In this document: positions 38,658 through 51,729 of the stretch, in pieces
Layout: every line of letters starts with the position of its first letter
Position numbering within the stretch: position 1 is the first letter of the stretch
Assembly: GCA_038496445.1 (NCBI GenBank)
Contig: JALMLS010000138.1
Span: 292,270 to 356,269 of the forward strand
Direction of reading: 5' to 3'
DNA length: 64,000 nucleotides
DNA from: Trichosphaerium sp. ATCC 40318
Taxonomy: Eukaryota > Protista > Tubulinea
Position numbers and translations under genes: made by a program
Notes under the pieces: model-generated
What the model saw: the letters and a program-made list of their open reading frames with translations, nothing else
Databases searched by the model: none
Told to the model about the DNA's origin: nothing

Positions 38658-39936
38658 ATGTTCACCATAACGCACCTTCTCCACGCAACAATAGGTACCT
38701 AGCAAGTCACTTTACTATCTTACGTTGATTGCTAAATCTTTTTATTCACAATCAGTATTGTTTACGTTGTTTTATACAATACGTTCAGCATGTGACTGCC
38801 AATGCGATATATGCGATGCATGCGATTTTACAGATCCTGCTTGTACCGTTATTACCTCAGGAGCTCCAGGTATCTACCATACGTACCCTCACATTGCTGA
38901 CACTAGTAAGGTGAAATAACTGTCGCTGGATGTTTAATAATAGACACAACTGAACAAATCGGGTCTATTCGAGGCACAAGTGGTAATGATTGCGTTCGCC
39001 TTAATCCAGGGAGCGTTGTAATGGGCGAAATATCTCTTTTACCTGGTGATGATTGCGTTCAGGTTACTTCTTCAACAATTATGGGTAGAATACAATCTGG
39101 TACGTAACATTGATCTTTGATGATTGAAGTATGTTTAAACTCAAACTAAGGTGGTGACAATGATTGTATTGTGGTGGTATCCTCTAATGTAGACGAGGTA
39201 AATGGCGGACCAGGAAATGACGATGTTATAGTAGTAGCGTCAAACACTGACGGAGCCATTGAAGGAACGTAAGTCCTCTTCTGAGACAATGCATTTTTTT
39301 TGTTAGTATGTTTTCACTCACGTGATTTTTAGATTCAACAGAATAGTTGGTGGTGGAGGTGATGACTGCCTTCGCGTGGCAGGAACTGAGGCTGGAGAAA
39401 TAAGCGGTCAAACAAACGATGATTGCTTGTTTGTGACTCAAACCATTGCAACAAGAATACTTGGTTAGTATATCAATAACACCTTCTCTTCTTTGAGCTC
39501 AGCTGTACCTTATTTTTTTAAAAGGAGGAAATGATAATGATAACATGGACTTACGTCAAGTAACATTTGATGAGGCTTCTGGAAACGAAGGCAATGATGA
39601 ACTCAGAATAAACGAGTTTACAACAAGTACTTGCAATACCAGTTTTTTGAGACTTTTTTTAAATTTAACTTTGTGTTCTAGCGTCTGGACCCTTAAGCAT
39701 AAGAGGTGGCCCTGGTGATGATTTTATACTCGCTGTAAGGTCACAAGGAGATCCAACTACCTTTGATGGAGATGGAGGTAGCGATCTGTAAGTAACAATC
39801 ATTTGTTTACAACCAGAACTAAGCGTGCCTTTGTAGATGTTGTAGCCCAGATATGACTGTAGAAATAGCAGCAGACTCTATGTGCGATCCAACAGAATGT
39901 GATCTACCAGGACCAGTTTGTGTTAGACGGTTTTAA
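38658..39936 (+). CDS. Secreted protein with RTX/hemolysin-type Ca-binding GGxG(N/D)D-like repeats flanked by Cys-rich ends
   Basis: GTSGNDCV, LLPGDDCV, GGDNDCI, GGPGNDDV, GGGGDDCL, GQTNDDCL, GGNDNDNM, GNEGNDEL, GGPGDDFI, GDGGSDL; N-terminal hydrophobic segment then CDCQCDICDAC. Confidence 0.75.
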
Positions 39937-39999
39937 AGTAAATTAAACACCACTTTTCATACCGAACATGATTTCAACTGTGTTGTGTTTGTCACAACC

Positions 40000-40938
40000 T
40001 CAATCAACAAACATTACCAGTATTTCACCATCCGTTAGACATAGGTACCAACACTCGTTGGCTTCAAAATTATTAGTATCACTGTGATCTAAAGTCTCAA
40101 ATTCTCTGAGTTTTATTTTGTTGTACGAGAAAAATCCGCGTAATTACAACTTCAAAAGAGAACAAACTTTCAGCTAAAATTCTTTACCACGTGCGCCTAT
40201 TAAGAGCACACTTCAAAAATTCACACCTCACACGTGAAAGAAGTATTATCTATCGATCATTATACAAGTTAATTTAACCTTAAATCCAAGCCCATCTTGG
40301 TTGAAATACCTTTTTCTTTGGTAAGCACTGACTGTGAAAGAGGAAAAAAAAACTAAAAGTTTTTTGCTTGCCATGTACATGTGCTCTTCTGTTAAGCGAG
40401 TGGCGTATAGTAATCCCTTTCTTCTCTTCATATACTCTCCTTCAGTAATAAATCCAGCTGATAACAATGAAGTCAACGAATTTAATTCCTTTTTAATTTC
40501 TTCAGAGTCAGACATGAGAATAGGGCTCGCACTTCAAAAAAAAAGTAAATACACTTCTCGCTGAGAAGCAAATGTCTAAAAAATGCCAAGTGTCACTCAC
40601 GAAGATAAAGGAGGCGTCGTAGATGCTTCAGATGTATGATACGTTTCGGAGTAAATATGTTCAGACGGTGACGTGACGTTTGTGTTTAATACAGCGTCTG
40701 ACGACTCTGTAGTATCTATAACTTGCATTTTTCGCGTTTGTAGGCTTCGTAGTGATGAGTTAAGTTGACTAAGTTGTCCCTCAACGCTAAACGGTCTTGC
40801 GTTCTGTGATTGCATCTTCCTCGCGGATAATTTAGAAGATCTTGTATTTGACCTCCTTCTTCTTGAGCGTTTTTCGTTTGTGGACAGTTGTAACGGTTTG
40901 GATGGCGCTAGGCCTGACTTTGATCTATTATTGTTCAT
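40000..40938 (-). CDS. Low-complexity protein with SHOCT-like motif
   Basis: ORF 40597-40938 splices into ..EIKKELNSLTSLLSAGFITEGEYMKRRKGLL. Confidence 0.55.
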
Positions 40939-41129
40939 ATTGTTACCATCTACTGCAGTTCAACGAAGTGAGAGCAAGATTTTGGTTGGCAAAAGCCATT
41001 GACAACATTGGCTCAAAAACGCAGAATAGCTACAATGTTTCTGTATAAAAGTAGCATTCGTCGCTCGTTTAGAGTACGTAGAGTACGTTGCTGTAGTACA
41101 GGCAAGTTTATAACTCAGTTACGATTATT

Positions 41130-43884
41130 ATGCTTGAAATTTACGTAAAAGCAGATAATAGTAGTTGGGTACGCTATGAGAGTAAAAATGGCGCGTTTGC
41201 GCTTCAACATCCAAGAGATTGGGGAGTTATTGAGCATAACTCGAAATCATTAGCTCTTAAACCATTAGAACACATAAAGAGTGAGTTTCAAACATTTTAA
41301 CGTGACATTCGTAAAAACTACGTACTTAGCTCTCCCAAAGCTTCGAGTCGCTTAGAATATACGCTATTACTTTGTTAAAACCCTTATGATGAACTGAACT
41401 CGCTTACCATTATCGTAGAGCCATTTGACCCAGCAAGAGGTTTACCAATGATAGAAATAGACATGGAAGACTTTGAAGCGCCTCTAGACGCCCTACAATT
41501 CTTGTACGCTGTCTGACACTTTCCTTTTTTTTTTCAACAAAAACAATGTTCGCAAAGCGTTTTATCACCGCCAACGTTTTGTGTGCTTAGAGAACGACAA
41601 AAAGAACCGACTAGCTTCAGATCTGTTGTTAGAGGAGACTCTGTAGTAGGAGGTCTACCTGCCAAGCACTTCTTGATTGCTAACACTGTACGTTGTCTTT
41701 TATTTGTTTCGATTACCATTCTTGGTTTTTTTTGAAGACTTCACTCTAAGTTCATCACGTGATTTATTATTTTTAGTATCTTGATGATCCAAAAACAGGA
41801 AAAGCAAATAAAACACAAGTATATGATAGATATTATGTTTACTTTGTTCAAAGTAAATGGACAGGATATAGAATGCTTAGTCTGTTTCTTAATAAACATG
41901 ATGAGCAAAAACACACTATCGAAAACATTATTAGCTCCTTTGTTACAGGCACGTGCAGTTTGAATTTATACAAGCTCTTTACCCTACATCATACGATCAT
42001 TATTTTGTCTATATCATTGTTTATAACCCACGTGTATCACCGTTATTGATGTTTTTGATTAAAGGTAGAAGAAAGTTGAATATGTTGTATCTTCATTCAC
42101 GTCAATTACATGGTTTGACATTCTATTTACCAAATGGAACTAGTGAACCAATTATTACTAGAACTGAACGTAAGCGTACTCATTGTGTTTGTACAAAAAC
42201 GCTAATAGACAATTTGTTTAGAGTTCGCAATGATGAAAATAATGATAGAAGAAGAAATTAATCCAGAAACAAACACAAATATAGAAATCCTTGTTAGCGT
42301 TGAGGATAAGCCAAAATCAGAAGAATTTGTATGTACTAATATGGCATATACTACGCTGAATCTGACCTTTATTTGTAGGTTACTTTGAAGAACACAGAGA
42401 TAAGTAAGCGGCCCGAGATTACAAATATTTTGGCGAAAATGTCGGTACAAGACAATGATACACAGATTTGGCAATACACAACACAAGATGGTGATAAAAT
42501 CCACGAAACTTATAGTCTTGTGGTTTCTGATAAGCTTTGTCTATTGAATATGACATATGAGAAACAACACTCAATAGGCACAGAGTACAGACAAGTAAGC
42601 CTTTCGGTTGTGTAAAAAACACAAAAGCAACTTTGCTTTTACTATTGGCAATCTGCATTCTTTTTCTAAGAACATAACCAATTATTTCTGAAAAAGTACA
42701 CTGCACCATCACGTGTGATGTAGTATTAATTAACTACAACTCTTTGATGAGAAAGAGAATTTGCCTCAAAACAACTTCGTGCTAGGAAACAAAGTTAATC
42801 TTTTTTTTTTAAAGGTATTACAGCACGTTATTGCTGGAATCACAGATACCCCAGTCCCGGCACTTAAAGGGAAAAAATCCTGGTCTCTTTCAGGCATGAT
42901 TGGATTGTACGTACCGCATATAGTATTTAGGGGACGAACAAAGTTTTTGCCTTTTTGTCAACTCATTCTCCTCACTGCCCACGTGCTTTTTTGAATCGCG
43001 TTTTTGGTCCATTGTTTACCTCTCATTTTTTGGACTAGTGGAAAAAAGCCGGAACCAATGCCTGGTATGGTCAAGATAATTTCTCTTACAAATCGTTGGG
43101 GATTACGTGTACCTTTAAAAGAGCTACAACACTTTGGTGATAGAAGTGGTTTACATAATGTCATTACTGGACTATATCCTCATAATAATCTATGTCTACA
43201 TGTAGAAGAAGGTAATCTGAGATATGATGATATAAAAGCATGGCAAACAAATAAACTGGTACGTCCTTTTGTACAAAATCGAAGAGAGGAAAATCATAAT
43301 TCTTTGGTTTTTTTTTTCGAAAAAATTGAATTGTTTGTTGTGTCAAGCTAAGATCTACTTTTCTATCATGTCAAGAGCAACATAAACATTAATTATTGTA
43401 GAAACCAACTTTTAATTTTCTTTGTTGCTATCCGAGTGGTGGCTAAAAGAAACTAGTTTGTAAATGAAATACCTCTATTTCTTAATTTATTCTGAAACAA
43501 TTTTTAAATGTTTTGCTTTAGCGTAAAATCAAAGAAAGAGATGCCAAGATACAACGTAAAATATTTAAGATAAATAATAATGAAGCATATTACACAAAAA
43601 TGGACTGGTTAGATGATGCTGTTGAACAACGAAAATGGTGGCTTGATATTGTTCATAGTGGTAATAAGACTTTTTCACTGACTTGCTATGGAGCAAAGTT
43701 TGAAGTAGAGAGTATAAAGAAAAGTATAGATACTGTAAGGAGGTCACTATACTTTTTCTAAAAGAAAAAAAAATAACAAACCAAGGAGGCAATTCTTTTT
43801 TGTAGCATGTGATTTTTAGGTAAAATGTCAAAACAAAGCATGGAGACTGTAATAAAAGAAAAAACACAAACGATGTTTATTTAA
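41130..43884 (+). CDS. Multi-exon protein with tandem PsbP/Mog1-like segments (start uncertain)
   Basis: Three segments beginning GAFALQHPRDW, HGLTFYLPNG and RWGLRVPLK, each followed by an L(T/C)(I/L)xVE-type strand and a GLPA/NNEA-like turn; in-phase exons. Confidence 0.5.
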
Positions 43885-44004
43885 AGTCATAAACTGGTGT
43901 ATAGTACCAAACAATTCACGTAAAGCGCGAGATTACTGAAAATAAGGTGAATATGCTGCTTCGAGGACAACAGTCGGGCCAGTAATTTGCATACCAAGTA
44001 ATCG

Positions 44005-45252
44005 TTAACAGAAATCGAAAATCACGTGATTAGAGCTTTTAATAGTTGCTGGGGCAAGTTTCTCAAGAGCTTCACTTGTTACTCCAGGAACGTAGCACAC
44101 AGCAAGGTTACTGATACCAACAAGCGAAGCAATACCTTTATCAGTAACATTAGTACAACGATCAATTACTAAAGTATGTACACCAGCAATAGCTTTAATA
44201 CCAATATCAGTAACTTGCGTACAAGACAAGTTCATATTATGAGCTCCAGCGAGAGCAATAATACCTACATCTGTAGCGTTTGTACCACTAATATTAATAG
44301 TATGAACACCAGCTAATGCTTTGATACCTTCATCTGTTATAAGGTCACAAGCACAAAGATCAATTGTGTGTACACCTGCAAGTTTAATGAGTACATCATC
44401 AGTAACTCTTTGAGCACGAAGAGTTATATTATGTACACCAGCCAAAGCTTTAATACCTTCGCCATGAGCGTCTGTTTCCATTAAATTGATTGTATGTACA
44501 CCACAGAGATACTTAACTCCTTTATCACTAACATCAGTATACGCTAAATTAGCTGTGTGAACACCAGCAAGATGTTCCAAACAACGGTCTGTAATACTTG
44601 TACAACCGACCAATATAGTATGTATACCACTTAAAGCTTTTATACCTTCATCTGAAATACCTTGGCAACGCCATGCAACCAGTGTATGAATACCAGAAAG
44701 CGCTTTTATTCCTTCGTCTGTGATTAAGTTATTGTTGTTAAGTGTTAACTTATGTACACCTGCCAATGACTTTATTCCATCGTCTGTAACATCTGTACCT
44801 GCAAGATGGATTGTGTGTACGCCCTTAAGAGCCATTATGCTTTTATCAGTAACCGACAAATTCGTCAGGTCGATTGAGTGAACACCAGCTAGTTTTTCGA
44901 CTCCGGAATCAGTGAGGTTGTTACAATACCTCAAGTTTAAGTCTTGTACGCCTGCGAGAAGAGCTATATCTTTGTCTGTGATCATCCTTTCTATTTTATC
45001 AAAGTGGAAGGCTGTGTTTTGAAGCAAAGGGCTGTTCTTAAGCGTAATAAAGTCGCTCACGCTGGTAAGGCTAATTGATCGATATCCTACATATTTCCTC
45101 ACTATACGAAGGAATCTGTGACAAGTATGCGCTGCATTAAGCGTGTGGTGGCAAAATTGAATTATATGCGCTATTATTTCGTTTGGGACACCCTCGAACG
45201 TGTGTATAGTAGCGTTCAGTACTGCAGTACGTTTTTTTGGCGTTGTTTCCAT
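44005..45252 (-). CDS. Intronless F-box/leucine-rich-repeat protein
   Basis: EGVPNEIIAHIIQF F-box-like segment; about 13 repeats of LAGVHTIxLxxTxVTDxGIKA. Confidence 0.88.
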   Translation of the reverse strand: METTPKKRTAVLNATIHTFEGVPNEIIAHIIQFCHHTLNAAHTCHRFLRIVRKYVGYRSISLTSVSDFITLKNSPLLQNTAFHFDKIERMITDKDIALLAGVQDLNLRYCNNLTDSGVEKLAGVHSIDLTNLSVTDKSIMALKGVHTIHLAGTDVTDDGIKSLAGVHKLTLNNNNLITDEGIKALSGIHTLVAWRCQGISDEGIKALSGIHTILVGCTSITDRCLEHLAGVHTANLAYTDVSDKGVKYLCGVHTINLMETDAHGEGIKALAGVHNITLRAQRVTDDVLIKLAGVHTIDLCACDLITDEGIKALAGVHTINISGTNATDVGIIALAGAHNMNLSCTQVTDIGIKAIAGVHTLVIDRCTNVTDKGIASLVGISNLAVCYVPGVTSEALEKLAPATIKSSNHVIFDFC

Positions 45253-45556
45253 TGTAGAGGCAGATTACAATTGAAACCTAACTTATGTAGTGCTTAAGCC
45301 ATTTGGTGGTTCGAACGATATCCCAACGTACCGCTTTATGGAAGAGCAGTTTAATTACTTGTACGCCATTCACGTGCTTCGCGTACTAGTTTAGCTTAAC
45401 TTCACGAATTTTACACCATACGGTCAGCAGCAAAAATCTGGGTTGTACAAGAGAGTATAAGAAATTTACAAGAATGGTTAACCACTTTTTTTTATTCTTC
45501 TGAGGTTACATCGTTAAAAACGAACTGACCCCTGAGTAAAATCAAGGGTGCTCAAA

Positions 45557-45631
45557 TGTTACTATGTCAGCTAAAACGCTTGCTCTGGGTACTCGGATCT
45601 GGAAATGTAGGTTCGACTCCTACAGGAACAA
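45557..45631 (+). pseudogene. Degenerate tRNA-like sequence (possibly Arg-derived)
   Basis: Perfect T-arm GTAGG-TTCGACT-CCTAC; acceptor TGTTACT/AGGAACA with one mismatch; ~75 nt; D-arm and anticodon arm poorly formed. Confidence 0.4.
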
Positions 45632-46205
45632 ACTAAACAAAATATTGGACATGGTCCAATACTACCAATGTTCTTTGGGGTAACGGCAGCCCGCCAGAAC
45701 CAGGTTGGTGTAATTTGTTGTGGCATATACTGCTAATATACTCAACCACTTCAATATAGCTGCCTATTACTCAATCACCCTTTTTGTTAACCTTTATATA
45801 CAGTATATACATTGTAAAAAAACAAACTCAAATACATTCTGCTACAAACTTATTTCTTGGAAAAGAGTTGTCATTGTGAAATCAAACGGTATGTAGCCGG
45901 ATAAGGTATTATTGCATATTTTCGGTGCAAGATACGACCATCTCAAAGAAGGTACTGAATTATTTGTTTCGTTCCAGCACCGGCGGTCAGTTATAATGCG
46001 GCAACTCGCATAAAGCCCATCGCCAAGCATCGCCGTTCTGAGAATGTGTCAGAGAGGGCTAACTTCTACTGGTTACTAGACCTGTATATTGACATCAATT
46101 ATGTAGGGAGCTTGAAAACGCGAAATGGAGTGCTAAGTCGTCACATAGCTTAACATTTATTCAAAAAAGGAAAAAATATCCAAATAAGTACAAACCCCCA
46201 TTGTT

Positions 46206-46891
46206 ATGTTGGTTTGCAACTCCAAAACAGTTATACTTGCTCTATTATTGTTCGCAATAGCGGTAGAAGCCTCATTCTGGCGTTCAAGGCTGTTTCGCTC
46301 GAACAAGAAGAAATGCTCCAAACCAAAGTACGCTACTCAGATCAGTATCCAACAACTACTAAGTATTGTAGAGGGGCGTATGCACCTTGTATAAACACCA
46401 GAGCTCCTAAAGAGAACCAATGCCCGTCGTCTACTACATACAAGGGCAAGGTATACAAGCTATCACGCGTTGACGCGTGGTATCACCGAATAACTGCGAA
46501 CGGCGGATTGTTTGCCTACGGTCCAGGTTGCTATGACCCAATGGACTGTCCAGCTCAATACTACGTCATGTTTATATGCGATTACGAGCATAAACTGAGC
46601 AAACGTAGAACCTACAAGCTACCACACTCTCTTGTGTTCCTACAAGCCGCCCAAGACATACGAATGAGAACAGGCTTTAAACAGGAGTCAGCAAGCGAGT
46701 CTAGGTGTTTAACTGGAAAAGGTAATGACTGTTCTTGGGTAAGTTCTTATGATCCAATTAAAAATGACGCTGGAAGTACACTGTTCGCTATTAGATTCCC
46801 TATAAGAATTATGGGATTTATGAAGAGGTGTAAAGATGATAGATCATGTGCTAAGACACTACAAAAAACTCTTGATAGCCAATCTTATTAG
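46206..46891 (+). CDS. Secreted Cys-rich protein of unknown function
   Basis: Signal peptide MLVCNSKTVILALLLFAIAVEA spliced (GTACGC..TGTAG) into ORF 46214-46891. Confidence 0.7.
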
Positions 46892-47133
46892 AATAAACAT
46901 TAAGCTATTAAATTCCTCTTTCTGCTATGGTGAATTCCCAATTTCGTCATTACTCATAACCCAACCCTTCTCCATTCTTTATATTTTCTGGAGTTACTTG
47001 TAGGTGTCTGAAACATGGATTTGTAGTACGAACAAGGTTAGATACTAATACCCTACGTCAACTGATGGTAGTTGTAAGAAGAACCGATATTTTATTAAAA
47101 AGGGCTAGTCCTTTGACATGTTGTTTGCCATTT

Positions 47134-48303
47134 CTACGAGTGTTGACGTTTATCATTTCTGAGGCTGCTATTCATTTGATTACTCAACCAATCCAGGCCC
47201 TTAAAATAAGTTAATGATGACCGCAGATAAATGAGTACCTCATAAATTCCGTCTCCTGTAGTAGCACAACACTCTTGTACAAACCATTTACCTTTAACGT
47301 GAGTTGAAAGATTCAAAGCCTTCCCGATCTTTAAAATACCTTTAGTCACTTGACCAACGTACAAAGAAAATACAAATATAAATTCATTGATAGCATAGGT
47401 TAATAAGTTTAAGCTCACAGATATGAACACGTGTTTGTAATTGTTGACAACAAAAAAAAAAAAAACTGACTACTTACTTCATCACCGCTGCGTGCGTTTG
47501 GTAAGTCTATCATATACAAGTATTATTTTAAACGCAATATTATATTGTGCGGGTTTACCTTGCTTGTTTGCGAATACAAGCACTGGAACGTCTTTGTAAT
47601 CGTCGTCAAAATACATGTGATTACTTTTTATCTCATATTCTAAGTCAACGAATCTTTCCTTATCATTAGAATCGCAAACATATATCAGACCGGAAACACC
47701 TAGTGATAAAAACTCTAATTAATGCAACATTACCTTATATCGTTAAGTACCCGTTTGGTAGTAATGGCGCCATAAAGGTCTAATCTAGAAGTCTAAGTCA
47801 GATGATTTTTTTGAACTAAAAAACAAAGATGCGTAGGTTTGCACCCTTATCGATTTAAAGACAACTTGATTTGGCAAGATAAAGTTCTTGGAACGCTAAA
47901 AAAAACCCACGTGCTTTGTCTCTACCACCTACAAAAAAAACATCAGCACGTGTCAAAAACAGTTACTCAAGTAAAAAAACTGCACCACACCTATATCCCA
48001 CGTTCGGAAGATGATATTTTTGTACTTTACTTCTTCGTAGCTGAATCCTATTGTTGGTATTGCAGTTACAACTTCTCCGAGCTAACACAAAAGGATTTAG
48101 ATTCAAAGTAAATGAATAAACGATTTAAAATGGTCAGCGAGCGTACTTTAAGCTTGTACAGCAGCGTTGTCTAGTACCAAGTTAGTATCAAACACTCTAC
48201 ACTTGTTTTGAGTCTGTACCTTTCCAGCGAAGTCTAATCCTTGCATATATATTGTTTTCTCCTCCGTGTCAGTACCGAACAGTCTCGCGAATACATTGCC
48301 CAT
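47134..48303 (-). CDS. ARF-family small GTPase (divergent), many small exons
   Basis: [65 protein letters not shown]. Confidence 0.92.
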
Positions 48304-48779
48304 TGTGTACGGAGTGTAAGATTTGAAACTAAGTTAGGTTTTCAGAGAATAGGCGACGTCAGCCTCGTCACTATTGAATACTTATACTATTAGTATTTGA
48401 GCACAGTGCTAACACTAGCAGTGGCTCCTTATCATAATTTTGTTGCCACCATTCGTCAATCATTTTCTCAATGTGAAGGCTTCTTGGCCATGTGAAATTA
48501 TAAGGCGAGAATGTCAATAACTGGTATAATGAGAAACACCTAGAAAACCATCAACTTAGGCAATCGTAATCCCACAGCGCAAAGTTCATTCGACCTACAA
48601 GTGCATTATGCTTGAAGCTTGTTGAAATATGAAAAATAATACAGGTGATTGCTTGTTCTTTTTACACAACGTACCTTACGTGAAACTACATTCCCAATGA
48701 TTTTTTGCTCTAGATGTTGTTTTTTACCTATTTTGGAAGTTGAATTGTAAACGGCAAACTTAATTAAAAAGAACTTCGA

Positions 48780-48895
48780 ATGAGGAGTCATTTCTTTGTG
48801 TTTTCTCGTTGCATTGCTACAAGTTGTAGCTGCGCAGACTCTTGTTCTTTAATTTAACTTTAATGACAATTTGAACGATGACGTAGGTGATGGGT
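48780..48895 (+). pseudogene. Relic of a secreted (LamG-like?) protein first exon
   Basis: GVISLCFLVALLQVVAAQTLVL*FNFNDNLNDDVGDG followed by a GTACC donor; in-frame stop, ATG out of frame. Confidence 0.35.
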
Positions 48896-48941
48896 ACCTA
48901 TTAAAACACGTGCAACTGTTTTATAGCACTTTTGAGATTTT

Positions 48942-49771
48942 TTATTGTACATAGTATACAGCCTCTTCCAAAAGCAGACTTGTAAGAACAACACTAAAGA
49001 TTAATACACTAGAATTCTTCATAATCAGACGTATGTAAAAAACGATATTTGAAAATCCTGAAATTACACCACCAAGCCCTGAAGCTTCTTGAAGCATCTT
49101 CATCTTAGCGTTTCCATTTTGTTTTTGTCGTTGTGCAGTAGACTTTATCATGAATACTAGAGATACTTGGATGATTACAAACGTTAGGAAAAGCTGTGGT
49201 GGCATAAACCCGTAAATGACGTTCAAAACGCCGCATATAATACCAATCAATATAGAGACGTAGAATTGAGCGGTTTCGAGAGGATCTACGTGTGTATAAG
49301 TAAGGTCAAGTGTCAAAAAAAAAAGAAATGGATTGAAATCAGAGAGTGATAGCTAATTATGAAAGGCCGTTTCGTACCTGCTTGGAATATTACTTTTATG
49401 TTTGGAGGTAATTCTTCAATGCTTGGTATTTCTTTATTCTTTTTTCTACGCTGCCGTGGCCTTGATAATGACGGTATTTGTTCGACTACTACCTCTTTTG
49501 TTTCTTTTGGTGTAGTTTTAGGCGTTTCTGCTGTTTTGTCGCAATTTTCGCCTCCATCGCACTCTTCTGTCGTCTGGCTTTATTTTACAGCGTAAGACGA
49601 CAATTCAAATTAAAAATCAACGTACTCAGTTTTATCTGGTAGAGTCTGCATACTCAAGCGCCGTAAACGCTCATCTGCTGCTTTCTGTAATTTTTTAGCT
49701 TTTAATGTAGCTAAAAGCTTTCGTTTCTCGTCATCAGACATAGCAGCAAGCTGAGCTCTTGTAACAGACAT
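48942..49771 (-). CDS. Get2/CAML-like ER membrane protein
   Basis: N-terminal basic helix SDDEKRKLLATLKAKKLQKAADERLRRLS, disordered linker, three C-terminal TM segments. Confidence 0.6.
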
Positions 49772-50006
49772 TTTTGGAGTGATAATAAACAAAAACAGAA
49801 TAAGTCAACGTAAGCAGTTCGCGTTGACTTACTATAACAATACACTTCCTCAGTGCGTGTACGGTTACACCACACATACACCTGAGCTACAAGGTACCAC
49901 CAGGCATTCAAATTTTGACACGTAGGTTGCCACGACGTTGTTTTATGTTTTTTATTGTGGTACCATATAATAGCTACCATGATCCGTTGTTAATTTTTTC
50001 AATGGG

Positions 50007-50891
50007 TCAACGTCTTTTAGTTCTTTGGGGTACTTTTGTTTCATGCCTTCCATTGTCTTCCTTAGTTCAAGGTACGATTTAGTTGTCTCATCTATAGTGA
50101 GCCTGTATGAAATGTCACAATGAATGTTTTAAAAAAAAATTGAACTTGAAAAGGAAAAACCTTTAATTGCACTCTATCCTGTATGATATATATATATAAA
50201 GTACTATAATTTCTACTAACATAGAACGCCAGTACAACATTTATGGTTTGATAGGAAGATGATAGAGACGAGAAAAAAAGTAAAAAGAAATGGTGATTTT
50301 TTTTCCATTTTTCAAAGCGTACACAGCATTTTGATACTCTTTGTAGCTCTCTTTGATTTTTTGTTGTAGAAGAAGGGCCTTTGCTTTACGAATATGAGCC
50401 TTATACCACATAGGTTTCTCCTTTAAAGCATCATCTGCATCAGCTTCAGCTTCTTGATATCTTTTTAAAATTGCATAACAACCTAATATATCATTATTAG
50501 AAAGCCTGTCTTTGTACTCTGCACACGTGCCACTTCTGTTAGATAAAAGTGCTGCCTTTACACTTGAGTTTGGGTTACAAGATTCAGACGCTTCTAATCC
50601 TGTTGTGTACCTATCAAATGGCAAAAAAGTTAGTTTTCTTTGAAAGTTTTTCTAGCTCAAGAAAAAAAACCAGCTTACCACTTCACAGCTTCGCTGTACT
50701 GTTTTTTAGCAAAAAATTCGTTTCCTTTATCTTTACATAGCTCAGGACCTAGTAACAACGTAAGGGTCGTTGTACTAAGCATTATTGGCGATATTCGCGT
50801 TAGGTTTTTAGAAAAAAGTTACCGTACCGTTAAAAAGCCAGTCCATGCCATTTACGCCAAGTTCCTTCATTGTTGAGCTAAAATCAGCCAT
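50007..50891 (-). CDS. TPR-domain (co-chaperone-type) protein
   Basis: KDKGNEFFAKKQYSEAVKW/YT..LLSNRS/GCYAILKRYQEAEADADDAL..KAHIRKAKAL (carboxylate-clamp pattern). Confidence 0.85.
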
Positions 50892-51729
50892 TTCTTTTAC
50901 CTATTGCTTTGATTGTGACAAGTGTTAAAATACGTTAAATTTCTTTTTCAAATAACTCAAGGATGGGTTGTTGAACGGCTCAGCGAGTTCTATGATATTC
51001 TTCAATAATTGACGCTATTTACGCTCGTTTTCAGCCTCGTTCATATGAGTTATTCGCGGCTTGTAACGCCAACGTATTATTGAAGGCACAAAAAGTATTT
51101 CCAACCAGTTCGTAACAGTTGTAATTGCATTTGGCTTACTGTAAGAATTGTTCCGTTTTCAGGTGCCTAAGAATGATATCACTGGTTAAACTTGCCGTGT
51201 GGATCCGTCCAAAGCGTTCTTTTTGTTCATTGTACAGTATAACAGCGAAATACGAAAAAGCGGTGTTTATATACTTTTTGTTTGAGTGAGGGCGTTCGTT
51301 ATAGTAATGTAGAGCGTTTTAAGTGGTAAATGTACAGAGTGAACTCGTTTATCTAATTTTCTCCCTAAATCTCTTCCTTTTATCCATCTATGTATGATTA
51401 GTGCCTTAACTCGGCGTTATAACGCACCATGTTTTTACGACAATAAAATAAAGCCATACGCAAATTCTCGCATGCCTCAGGGAGTAAATCTGGTTTTATA
51501 CAATCATGGAAGATATTCTCTTTGTTCTAGAGTTAGTAAAAGCTTCTTTTGAGCTTTTTGACACTTACTGTCAATAGACATGCATGGCGATTCGCGTATA
51601 CAGTTAATGAAATCCTGGCGAATGTATTTACACGCGCGTTCGGACTCTGGCTTCTGATTCATTTGAGTGTTATGAGCGTTGAAGCAAAGTCAACGTTTTT
51701 ATGTCTAGCAGTACCTATAAGGCTCAGCA

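Noticed and set aside
45640-46100. Minus-strand ORF 45842-46030 with possible flanking exons
   Set aside because: No homology cue and no convincing start or splice model
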